Source: Eledone cirrhosa
Taxonomy: Eukaryota
Assembly: GCA_964016885.1 (NCBI GenBank)
Contig: OZ024743.1
Span: forward strand, 328,352,001-328,416,000
Reading direction: 5' to 3'
DNA length: 64,000 nt
The number at the start of each line of letters is the position of its first letter. Position 1 is the stretch's first letter. The translations under genes and the position numbers were made by a program. The notes below the pieces were generated by a model. It ran no database searches and was not told the DNA's origin. It saw only the letters and a program-made list of their open reading frames with translations. This document shows positions 51,519-63,384 of the stretch, piece by piece.

Positions 51519-52124
51519 TTGGTGTTAAGATAGTGACATATCTTCATGTGAACTTAATGTTATAACAAAGAAAGTGTGGTAAGAAACCAGGTGGACCATA
51601 ACGCACCAGAGTACTCAATACTTAGGGTAGTAGAGTGGGTAATAGATCCAGATTTAGCTGTCGAAACGGCCGATTAAAAGAAAACGGCTGGGTAAAAGAA
51701 AATACAGGAGGATCAGTTAATTATGATTTTATTCAACATATTCTCCTCAGATTCACACACTTATTGCAGCGGCCCTACCTCCCCTGTAAAGGTAACAACT
51801 CTACCCTTTCGTGACACCCTTAAAACCAGGAAATTTACAACACCCCCTCTCGTATTGGTATTATATTCTTTCATTTCAATTTATGACAATATTGGAATGA
51901 TTCCGCTATAATTCCTCTGACACTTACAGAAACAGGTTTAAATGAATGTCATATTAATAGATCAGTCACGTAGGTTATCGACCTACAGATCAATAAAGAT
52001 TGGATAGATACTCATAAAGACCAACCACAGACGTAATTTATCAATATCTATTTCCAAACAAATACAATAATCAGTTGCTACGTTTGTAATATTTCTGAAA
52101 TTTATGAAGATGTTATTATTATGA

Positions 52125-52940
52125 TAGTGGATTGCCGAAATCGGTTGAGCGTCGGGTGATACGTCCTGCAGCATAGAGTTACGGCCATTTATCTTCTGAG
52201 TTCAAATCCCGCTGAGGTTAACTTAGCCTTTCATCCTTGTGGGGTCGATAAAATAAAGTAGCAGTAATGTACTGGGGTCGATTTAATGGACATGTCCCCC
52301 AAACCCACAATTGTTGCCCCTTGTGCCTAAATCAGAAACCATTATTAAAGACAACAAAGGGTAGTGGATTGGCAGTATCAGTAGAGGGCCGGACGCCATG
52401 CTTTGACGCATAGAGTTATGGCCTTTGCCATTCTGAGTTCAAATCCCGCCGAGGTTAACTTTGCCTTTCATCCTTACGGGGTCGATAAAATAAAGTACCA
52501 GTAATACACTGGGTAATTGCTGGCCTTGTGCCAAAAGTAGAAACAATTATTAAAGACAACAAAAGGATTGTAGATTTGGCATAATCGGTAGAGCGCCGAG
52601 CAATATGCCTTGCGGTATAGAGTTTTCTTCTGAGGTCGGATCCCGCTGAGGTTAGTTTTGCCTTTCATCTTTACGGGGTCGATAAAATTAAGTACCAGCA
52701 CTGGGGTCGATTTAATCGACTTTCCCCTTGTCCAAATTGTTGACTTTGCGCCTAAATCAGAAACAATTATTAAGGGCTAGGACGGTGGATTTGGCTGAAT
52801 CAGTAGAGCGTCGAGCGAAATCCTTTGCAGTATTTCTCACAACTCTCTACGCGTATGTTCTGAGTTCAAATCCCGCCGAGGTCTACTTTGGCTTTCGTTC
52901 TTTCTTGGTCGATAAGGTACCAGTTTATTACTGGGGTTGA
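52125..52940 (+). mobile_element. Four head-to-tail tRNA-derived SINEs
   Basis: Heads GTGGATTGG/C... at about 52127, 52365, 52570 and 52785. Three have a GAGTTCAAATCCCG B box and the third copy's is degenerate. All have a GTCGATAA core. Confidence 0.85.
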
Positions 52941-53159
52941 TTCTTCTACAACTCTTTCTCACTGCCTCGCTCTCACTATCACTCTCTTTAGGTGAAAAAC
53001 AAATCGGTTGTATTTAGAAATCAGGGTCGATAAAATAAAATACCAGTCAAATATTGGTGTCAATATAATCGACTTCCCACCCCACAAACTACTGGTCACG
53101 TGGCTTTAATATCTGTCATATACACATTGTTCACAATCTTACAAAATGAAAATATAAAC

Positions 53160-53160
<1 letters not shown>

Positions 53161-53197
<37 letters not shown>

Positions 53198-53675
53198 TTA
53201 TTATTATTATTATTATTACTGAGAGGGTCGTGGGGACAGAGTCCTCAAACTCTCTTTCCAGCGGGTCCTGTCAGAAGCAACCGTCTTCAACTGATCCGGC
53301 TGGATCCCCAAATGAGACCAGCCAGGCTGATGGATGTTATCCAACCATCTTGCTCGGGGTCTACCCCTGGGTCTCCTGCCGATTGGTTTTGCCCGTAAAA
53401 TCTGTCCAGCGATTTATTTCTGAGACATTCTAACCACATGTCCATAGTATCGGAGCTGTGATCTCTCAATTCGGGGAAGTAGCAGCTCTACCTGGAGTGA
53501 CTCTCTGATCTCCGACCTACGCACTCCATCAAGTAACGTTACTCCAAAGATCCGTCGGAAGAACTCCATTTCGGCTGCTTGTATTCGCGATTGTATTCTT
53601 GCGGTTATTACCCAAGATTCATGAAATAGGTAAGGGTTTGCACGAATACAGAATTGTAGCGAGTTTGGCTTTTAC
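53161..53675 (-). mobile_element. RTE (Expander/Rex3-like) 3' fragment with a (TAA)n(GAA)n tail
   Basis: HESWVIT.RIQSRIQAAEMEFFRRI.GVT..D.VRRSEIRE.L......IERSQLR..GHV.RM...RPRGRPRARW. Confidence 0.85.
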
Positions 53676-54274
53676 AACTATAAACATATATAATAAGTAG
53701 AAAACTACAACACACAGATACAACACACCAAAATATACGATCAAAGCGAGAAAAGGAAAGAAATAAAAGGAAAAAAATGCAAAAACAACCACCAGTTCAC
53801 CGCCAAGTGCAACAATCGACCACACACCTCAAGGATTAACGGAAATCTTTGAGGCAAGCCAGCACGCTCGCAACATTACTGCGGGTGATGGCGTGGCTAA
53901 GGCGCTGAAACAACCAGAAACCTTCAAGGCATTACTTGATACCTCAGTAAAGCGAGGTGATGCCGAGGCTAAGGTGCTGAAACAACCTGGCACCCTCAGG
54001 GGCGTCATCTAACACCTCGGTAAGGCCAGCCGCCAATTTCACTCTTTATAAACCCATCATGTCATGTAGATATATTTAAACATATGTTACAGATGTGTAT
54101 CTTGAAACATCTCTAAGTTGTAGAGAAAGTATTACACAAGCTAGTTTATCTACGAGGATCATTAGTTAAATCTACATATCATCGTATTGTTCTTCCCAGA
54201 AATATACTTTACTATATATTGTCTTCACTCAGCTCATATATATTCTATCTCTATCTCTATCTATCTATCTATCT

Positions 54275-54364
54275 TTTATATTTTTTACACAACTGTATGT
54301 AAAATCCCCGGCATGTCTTTGTATTGTCCCCTTTTCTTGTTGCGCCCTTGTGGCTAATAAAGAA

Positions 54365-54365
<1 letters not shown>
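54275..54365 (+). mobile_element. Very short Tx1 3'-end fragment between (TATC)n tracts
   Basis: TGTATGTAAA...TTGTCCCC...GTGGCTAATAAAGAAA matches the 3' ends of the other Tx1 copies. Confidence 0.75.
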
Positions 54366-54411
<46 letters not shown>

Positions 54412-54650
54412 CATCTATCTATATACCTATCTATCTATCTATCTATCTTGATAGAGTAAGACACGCTTCGCATCGGCTCCGCTATTCCATCCGGATTTAC
54501 CCTTACTATTGTAAGTACCGGATACATTTTTTAGTGCAACACATTTGGAACACTAACCCCTGTTATTTAGGGAAACATTTTTGCATTTACCCCCTTTTTA
54601 GGGGGTAAAATAAATATCTATTTTTGCCGAAAAATTTCTTTCTTGGCAGC

Positions 54651-56474
54651 ATGGCGGAAAAGATGGCAGACATGTCTGCCATTAGCTCTGCCACGCCCCC
54701 CCAAGTCTGAAGAACAAAAAATAATTACAACAAAATTAGACAATGAAACAAACAAAGAAAATGAAAAAAACAAATGTTAAGGAAAATGAGCAAACAGAAA
54801 ACAAACAAACAGAAAATAATACAAATAACAACAGGGCAACTTTCGCCCAGAAAACAAAACAATCCATTACATACACACCAATTGACCTAACGGCCGCCAG
54901 AGAAAAACTGGCCGAAGCAAAGAAACACATTGTTTTGGGGGAAAATGGAATGTTTTCCATTAACTCCCCCCCCCCCCCCAGAATTCAAGAAAGCGAGAAC
55001 AGAGAACACAGTTCTCTTCAGAACAATCCTAAACGAAACAAGAAAGCCAGCACAGCCCAGCCAAATGGAGATAGAGTTGGTCCTAAAAGACTATATGAAG
55101 AATATTCTCTTCATACGAAAGGACCGACTCTATGGCAGCATTTCGGTCTTAATAAAAGACAAGGAAACGGCGGAGAAGCTTTCCATAAGCCCACTCTCAT
55201 CGACAACATACAGCTTCTATCCCTCCTACATGGGTAGAAGAACACAGAGAGTAAAAATACAAACAATGCTGCCCACAATGGACTTCTGGTGGGCTATTGC
55301 TGGCTTCATAGACATGGGCGAGGACACAGTGCTGTCAATGGGGAAGGCATCCGGAGATGCGTTTCTGGGAATGGGCCTCGACCTACTAGTCCAAATGAGG
55401 CCCGAAAGAATAGCACAAATCCCGGATCGCATCTGGCTGGATGAGCTCACCCCAATAGATATAATTGTAGAGGGGAGAAGACCAGCATGCTATTTATGCA
55501 TGGAAAGGGGACACATTAAGGCTAACTGCCCGAAACGTGTCCCCCAAAAAGGACTATTGCCCACACCCACCACAAACAGTACACCAACACCACCCACCTC
55601 CAAAAATACACTAATACCACACACAGCAAACAAAATACAAACACCACCAAGCACATCACCACCACCAGCAGCAAACACAAGCTCGACACAAAAATCACCA
55701 CCACCATCACCAACACAAACACCATCACCACCATTACCAACCACAAGCACGACACAAACAGCACCACCACCACCACAAAACGCATTCCAAACAAATAATA
55801 AAAAAAACAGCAACAAATCTACCCCTCCCGCAAAAAAACAACCAGACACGACGTCCCTCCCACCTAGCGCTGAAGAGTTTCCCCCAACTTCTGAAGAAGA
55901 AGGAGGAGAAGCCTTCAGACAAGTTAAAAGAAAAAAAAGAAAGCACACACCCAGCACACCACAAATAACCCACACACAAACACCAACTCCAATAAAAAAC
56001 ACCCCACCCTCAACAAACAAAAATAAATCTGCGCCTCCCCTCTCCGAAACATTGACAGCATCACAAAAAAAGACATTGCAATACACATATATAAATAAAG
56101 AAAACAAAAAACTGTTTAAATTAATAAACAATAGCCCTTTGGTGCAGACCGAAGGGCCAAACTTTATCTCAACAGAGAACTTCACCCATTTAAAAATGAT
56201 AAAGGTCCCTCTGGACCTTTATCGTTCCTTAAAAGAACAATTTAGACAGGACGTGAGCCCCCCCTGTTTAAAACCGTTAAATCGCGTCCTCCTGAAAGAT
56301 TTCCCCATAACCTCCCCTCTCCCTGACACAACTCCAAACACCCCAACCCAACCACACTCGGGCACCTCCACACCACCACAAAACATCCCTCCACCCAACA
56401 CACCTGACGCCATGGAAATTACACAACCCGGAGAGGTAAGTGCTTTTCTTTCTTCACTTTCAACACCAAAATAG
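54651..56474 (+). pseudogene. Tx1 ORF1 (Gag-like, CYLCMERGHIKANC zinc knuckle, Pro/Thr-rich tail) with homopolymer frameshifts in the first 330 nt
   Basis: ATG at 54651; frame changes at C/A runs near 54710, 54765 and 54970. The continuous ORF is 54930-56474. Confidence 0.8.
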
Positions 56475-56479
56475 ATCAA

Positions 56480-59400
56480 TTGAGAGTTGGCTGTTTGAAC
56501 GCGCGTGGCCTGGGCTCAGCTTGGAAGCAAGCAAAGCTACTAAGTGACCTCAGGTCACGAAGTATAGATGTGATGGTTGTTTGCGAGAGTCGGATCAGCA
56601 GCGTACGACAGCTGGCTCCCGCCTTCGATGACTTTGAGATGCACGCATCTCTCTGTCAACCCGGAGGCGGGGGGGGGGGGGGGAGTTGCCGTACTGCTGG
56701 ATAAACGTCTGGCTCTCGACGTACAGATTGTTCACTCGGACCCGGGGGGTCGAATACTGGTGCTGGACGTCGGAGGCGGTGAAGGCGGGGCTTTCAGACT
56801 GGTCGGTCTTTAATCCCCCTTCGGGGCTGAAAGAGCCGACTTCTTCCAGCGTCTGGAGACTTTTCTAGGAACGTCGCGTTCCCTGCTTTTAGTGGGGGAC
56901 TGGAATGGAATCCTAGATGCGCGTTGGGACTATGCAGGGGCATGTCCCGATAGAGGGGGGTGTAGCAGCCTCAAGGGGTTACTCGATCGATTCGACCTGG
57001 TCGATAGATTTCGACTAGATTGTCCAACTGCACCAACCTGGACCTGGGCAAACCGCAGTGGACAATCTAGATCGTACCTAGATAGGTTTTTGGTTAGGAG
57101 TAAGGATAGGGACGTATTTAGTTGTCCAGAATTGATCATGGTTGGCTATTCAGATCACAAATTAGTGACCTGCGTGGTCAACCTTGATAGAACGCATAGA
57201 CAGGGTCCCGGTTACTGGAAGATGAACTTGTCCTTGCCGGCAAAGAAAGATTACAGGAACCGGATTAGTAGCTTAGTTAAAATGCGGTTGACGGGAGCGA
57301 TTGTCAACAGTAGGTGGTGGGTATCTCTAAAGAGAGAGATTAGAGTAAGTTCGATAGGTTACAGTAAGGAACTAGCGGCGAATAGAAATAGGAAGGAAAG
57401 GGAGTTAACAGATAAACTAGAAGAGGCGATTAGGAGCGGAGACGTAGCCAGAGTGTTAGCGGCGAGAACGGCGTTGAGCCAGTTCTTTGACGCGAAACAC
57501 GAAGGCTGCGTTGTCCGAAGTAAAATACGTGCTTTAGGAAACGAGGGGACCAAAGCTGTTAGCTGGGCCCGCGTGACAGAAGCCAAGAGTGGGATTAAAT
57601 CCACCATTCGGTCTTTGCGAGACCAGGATGGACGGGTGATCCTTGAACCTGAGCGGATGTGCGAGGCCTTTCAAAGGCACTTTGCTCGACTGTTCGGAGG
57701 GGGCGGGGGGCCGGACGGGGATGTGGACTTCGGTCCATACCTCGACGGTCTACCGCGTCTTTCGAGCGGCGAAGCGGAGTGCTGCGAAAGGCCAATCACA
57801 GCCACTGAAATCGGGGAAGCGCTCAGCCAATGCAGCAGACGCAAATCTCCGGGTCTCGATGGTCTACCATACGAACTTTATTTAGCTATGCCGGTCTTGT
57901 TCTCCGATCTCCTCGAGGCTGTCTATTGCAACTGGCAACAGAACGGGAGAATTCCCTGTTCTGTGACCAAGGGCGTGGTCACGCTAGTGAGGAAGGACGA
58001 GAGCAAGGGGGACGACTTAAGTAACTTTAGGCCCATAACTCTGCTGAATGCAGAGTTACAGATTTTGGCCAAGGTGTTGGCGAAGAGGTTGGCGCTTGTG
58101 GTAGGTGGTTTGGTGGGAGACGCGCAGACATGCGCTATCCCGTCCAGGTCCATTCACGACAACCTCCACCTCATGCGATACATCATAGAGAGGGTTGGCA
58201 ACGAACCCGGCTTTGGTGGGGCCCTGATCAACTTGGATCAATCTAAGGCGTTCGATAGGGTCGACCATGGTTACCTGGAAGCGGTGCTAGCGGCGGCGGG
58301 CTTCGGACCCGTTTTCAGGGGCTGGATTTCTGCCATGCACAGTGGAAACATCTACTCTAGGATTAAAGTAAACGGCTACCTCTCGGAGCCGTTTCAAATC
58401 ACCCGGTCCATCAGACAGGGGTGCCCCCTCTCTTCCCTTCTGTACGTATTGACTCTCGAGCCACTGCTGCGGAAGTTGGAGTTGCTGCGGGGCATACCCC
58501 TGGAACCGGGATTGCACAAAGCGGTCTCGGCCTATGCCGACGACGTAACAGTAATGGTGGCGGACGCCTCGGAAATCGGGGCGATCGCCACCCTACTGGA
58601 GGAATACGAAAGGCTGACGGGGGCTAGGCTGAACCGGGACAAGTCAGTCGGTTTGCAACTCGGAACGTGGAGGGGCAAACCGATGCCATTAGACGGTGTC
58701 GTCGGGCGGTGGACGGAGGGCCCGGTGAAGCTGCTCGGGGTCTGGTTCGGACCGGACCTCCAGGTGGAGAAGAATTGGGGCGAGGTGACGAGCAGGGTGT
58801 TTGCGCTGACCCAGAAGTGGGCCAAGTGCAAACTATCACTGAAAGGTCGGGCGGAGGTGACGAACGCTTACATAGCGTCCGTCATCTGCTACCGCCTGAC
58901 CGTCGTGCCTTGCCCCAAGGAAAAGATCACCATCATGGAACGCATGCTCTTCCAGTTCCTCTGGAAGAAGCGGCCTCCCATGGTGAGGAGATCCATCTGC
59001 TGCCAGCACCCTTCGAAAGGAGGGCTGGGTATGCCGTGGCTGTTGATGCGTAGGCACGCATTGAGGCTACGGCATCTACAGGTATTCCTCACCGGTCAGC
59101 CGGTGTGGGCCCCGTTTGTGAGGCGAGCCTTCCCACAGCTCGTCTCGCTCACCGAGCTGCAATCCTGGGTGAAGCAAAGACCGAGAAAACTGGGCAACTG
59201 GCACACCGAGTGTGCCCAGGCGCTCACGGCTATCTGGCAAGCGGACCCGACTGTCAGTGGAGAATCCACCTCGACATTCTATAGAGGGCTGGTGGCTAGC
59301 AGGGGCGACGACACCCTTGGAGAGTCGCTAGGCATGGAGGAGGACGAACTGGCCAGCCTGTTCGGTAGAACTTTCGGCCCGGGACCCATGAACAACTTCC

Positions 59401-59913
59401 AGAGGTCCCTAGCCTGGCAGTGTTACCGGGGGGCTCTGCCCGTTCGAGAAAAGCTCTACAGACACGGGCGCCCGGGCAGGGATCCAGCGAAAAAGATCTG
59501 TCCCAGATGCGTGCGCGACGAGGAAACCGTTGCGCATGCACTGGTACACTGCCCGGGCGTTGCCGATCTGTGGGGCTACGTCGAACGACTGCTGTCGCGT
59601 GTGGCGCCGATTCGATTAACCGCCGAGTCTATGGTGAACATCAAGCCGCCTCCTCCCTTCAGAAACGAAGCAGAGGCGGTCTTTCTGTGCGTAATAGCCA
59701 TGATGAAAGAGGTTGTGTGGTGGACGCGCCTGAAAGGTCTGAGGTCGGGTGACTTTCTCTCCGGCCATCACCTGGTTTACTTCTTCCGATACCACTTCGG
59801 AAGAAGGATCAGGATGGAGAGAGAAGTGCTTGGCCCAGACAGTTTTATGAAAGGTGGGTGAAAGAAGCGAGAATGGCTCGTGTAAATGGGCCTTCTCTCT
59901 ACATTGTTCTGTA
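56480..59913 (+). pseudogene. Tx1 ORF2 (APE + RT + zinc motif) with a frameshift at the G run near 56675, an in-frame TAA at 56811 and a frameshift near 59840
   Basis: Collinear with ORF2 at 1706-5142; the 989-aa segment 56892-59861 is open. Confidence 0.92.
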
Positions 59914-60146
59914 GGTGAAGAAGTGAAGAGGAAAGGGGGAGCGCCTCCTCTCTGGGCTTCCCCCGCGAAAAGGGTTGCACACTTTTCGGGGGTATGTGCA
60001 ATCCCGAACACGCCCCCTCCCTTTTGAGGACTTTTTATTATTATATTATTATTGTTATTCCTTTTTCTTTACTCGATTTATGTAAACTCCCCCACTGTGT
60101 ATTTGTCCCCTTCTTTTGTGCCCTCGTGGCAAATAAATAGAAATTT

Positions 60147-60527
60147 ATTCTTTTTTTCAAATACCACTTTGGAAGAAGAATCAGGATGGAGAGAGAGGTG
60201 CTGTACCCCAGCAAGTTTTATGAAAGGTGGGTGAAAGTGGCGAGAATGGCCCGAGTGAATGGGCCTTCTCTCTATATCAGCCTGTAGGTTGAGGAAAAGA
60301 AGGAGGAGAGGAAAGGAGTACAAGCTCTTCGTACTCCTGGAGATGAGGGTTGCACATTTTTTTCGGGGGTCTGTGTTACCCATATAAACTGTCTCCCTCT
60401 ATTGGGGAAAATCGACTAACTTTTAAATTCCATCTGTGATAACATTTTACACGTTTTTATTGTATGTAAACTTCCCCCTTTGTATTTGTCCCCTTCTTTT
60501 GTGCCCCTGTGGCTAATAAAGAAATAT
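60147..60527 (+). mobile_element. Short 5'-truncated Tx1 copy A, followed by (TATC)n
   Basis: FFKYHFGRRIRMEREVL...RWVKVARMARVNGPSLYISL-stop plus 3' UTR. Confidence 0.9.
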
Positions 60528-60539
60528 ATCTATCTATCT

Positions 60540-60925
60540 AACTGATTCTTTTTTTCAAATACCACTTTGGAAGAAGAATCAGGATGGAGAGAGAGGTGCT
60601 GTACCCCAGCAAGTTTTATGAAAGGTGGGTGAATGTGGCGAGAATGGCCCGAGTGAATGGGCCTTCTCTCTATATCAGCCTGTAGGTTGAGGAAAAAGAG
60701 GAAGAGAGGAAAGGAGTACAAACTCTTCGTACTCCTGGAGATGAGGGCTGCACATTTTTTCGGGGGTATGTGTTACCCATATGAAATGTCTCCCCCTATT
60801 GGGGAAAATCGACTAATTTTTAAATTGCATTTGTGATAGTATTTTACACGTTTTTATTGTATGTAAACTTCCCCCTTTGTATTTGTCCCCTTCTTTTGTA
60901 CCTCTGTGGATAATAAAGAAACATA
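60540..60925 (+). mobile_element. Short 5'-truncated Tx1 copy B
   Basis: Close but non-identical to copy A. Confidence 0.9.
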
Positions 60926-61027
60926 TTTATCTATTCTCCCCCCTCACAATATATATATATATATATATAAACACACACATATATGCACACACACGCGCGC
61001 ACACACACGCACACACACACGCGCACG

Positions 61028-61145
<118 letters not shown>

Positions 61146-61272
61146 CCGGGGCTGCAAAAGAAGGTATACAGTAATATTAATACAGTAGTATTAATTGAAT
61201 CCTAACACCACTATTATATTACTGGTAATACTGGTATCATCCTTACTTCATACCTACTTTTGCAGCCCCATG
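61146..61272. mobile_element. Tc1/mariner-type MITE
   Basis: TA-C.GGGGCTGCAAAAG.AGGTAT ... ATACCT.CTTTTGCAGCCCC.TG-TA. Confidence 0.7.
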
Positions 61273-61788
61273 TAATAGAGTTGTATATATGTATATATAT
61301 GAAGGCGTGTTGCTGAGTGGTTAGAGAATTGGATTTCAATCGTGAGGTTGTGAATTCGATTCCTGGACCGGGCGATGCGTAATGTCCTGGGCAAGACACT
61401 TTATTTCACGTTGCTCCTTCTACATGGAGTTGCGACCGATAGATAGTATTAGCAATTGGAAAGACCAATGGAAACATTGTTTCCTCGGTCCGATTTGACG
61501 AAAGTCGATCGACTGTCGATAGATATATATATATACTTCGTTTTTGAATTTGTTTTGCAAGATTTCTTATCTGAAAACCTGTGTTGAAACAGATATTGTT
61601 GTACTTTGGAAGAGTCATGTTGCCAATATAAACACATGCACCTGTTGGTTTTCACTTCAATTTATTGTAAATTTCCGACTGGTTTGTTGGTTCAATAACC
61701 GGAAGGTTGTTTATATATTGCCAAAGCTCTTTCGTCACACATTCTGCGACTTCCTCAGTACTTGGTACTTGGGGTAGTAGAGTGGGTA

Positions 61789-61885
61789 ATATGAAAAATT
61801 CGGGACCCCGGCGACTGAGCGCCAGCCGTTTCAACAAATAGCTGTTGAAACGGTAGGAGCTCAACCGTCGGGGTCCCGAATTTTT

Positions 61886-61890
<5 letters not shown>
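61789..61890. repeat. 102-bp fold-back hairpin
   Basis: ATATGAAAAATTCGGGACCCC pairs with GGGGTCCCGAATTTTTCATAT; the inner stem is CCGTTTCAACA / TGTTGAAACGG. Confidence 0.85.
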
Positions 61891-61916
<26 letters not shown>

Positions 61917-62041
61917 AAATATCCAAAGAAGAAAGATTCCTTCTGATGAACGATATCAGACCCTTCTGTTAGAATCGTCTAACTTCGTGAATAATTATAT
62001 TATGTTTTTTTTGTTACATAATTATATACATATACATACAT

Positions 62042-62105
<64 letters not shown>

Positions 62106-62599
62106 TACGTCATATATATTCGTATGTTTAATATTTCTAGATTCATATCAATCATATCTCGGTAAGAAGTGGCTAATCCACAGATTGTTGGTATGGATGA
62201 ATATAACCATAAATAAAACAACGAAAGAAAACACAATATAATATAGTTTTGTAGCAGGAAATGTTACATAGGATTTTTTGTAATTTTACACTGTATGGTT
62301 GCATGGTTATAAGATATTTAGAGAAAGCCACGCATATATTGAACACATCTCAAATATTGATCGTATTCTCCTCCTCTATGGTGCTCCAACAGTCACAGCT
62401 ATAACGTAGAGTTGTCATGACAGCTAAATATCAAATATACTTTTTGTATCTGCCTCTGTATGTGTATATGTATGTATGTGTATACACACACACACACGCA
62501 TGCACACACAAACACTCATACACACACACACACATATATATATATATTTATATAAGTATATATATATATAAGTATATATATATATATATATATATATAA

Positions 62600-62641
<42 letters not shown>

Positions 62642-62834
62642 ATGTGGGTATCTGTGTATGTGTGCTTGTGTCGGTCTGTCTATCTGTTTGTTTGATGTCA
62701 GTATGTATGTATGTATGTATGTATATGTATGTATGTGTACTTGTGTGTGTATGTAAGTATGTACGTATTTATATATGTGTGCGTACATGTGTATGTGTAC
62801 GTATCTGCGTGTGTATGTGTAAATGTATATGTAT

Positions 62835-62894
<60 letters not shown>

Positions 62895-63384
62895 GTGGAT
62901 ATATGTGTATGTGTGCTTGTGTCAGTTTATCTATCTGTTTGTCTGATGTCAGCAAGTATGTCAGTATGTATGTATATATGTATGTATGTACGTATGTATG
63001 AATGTGTGAATGTGTACTTGTGTTTGTAGGCTTGTATGTGTGTGTATGTATATGTGTGTGTATATATGTGTACTTGTGTGTGTATGTATGTAAGTATGTA
63101 TGCATGTAGGTATGTATGTATTTATGTATTTGTGCGTGCATGTGTATGTGTACGTATCTGCGTGTGTATGTGTATGTGTGTGGGATTTGTGTGCTTGTGC
63201 GTGAATATATATGTAGGTGTATGTATTTGTATGTTGAGTGTGTTTGGGTGTGCTGTGCCTGTGTATATATGTATGTGTATATATGTATGTGTTTATCTCT
63301 ATGTGTGTGTGTGTGATGTGATATTGTGGTATTGCCATTGACATTGAGACAGATTTCTACAACTGGTAATTGCTTTACATGTGT

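Larger units (their letters stand above)
54449..60145 (+). mobile_element. Apparently full-length Tx1/L1-clade LINE (5' UTR, ORF1, ORF2, 3' UTR)
   Basis: Begins right after (TATC)n. ORF1 has a CCHC knuckle; ORF2 is APE-RT-zinc. The 3' end is GTGGCAAATAAATAGAAA. Confidence 0.95.

Noticed and set aside
51751-51791. 41-bp AG/GT-bounded micro-exon candidate (DSHTYCSGPTSPVK)
   Set aside because: No partner exons or homology; expected by chance.
61943-61995. Hammerhead-like CTGATGA ACGA...TCGT GAAT
   Set aside because: GAAA is mutated and there is no convincing stem I or III.
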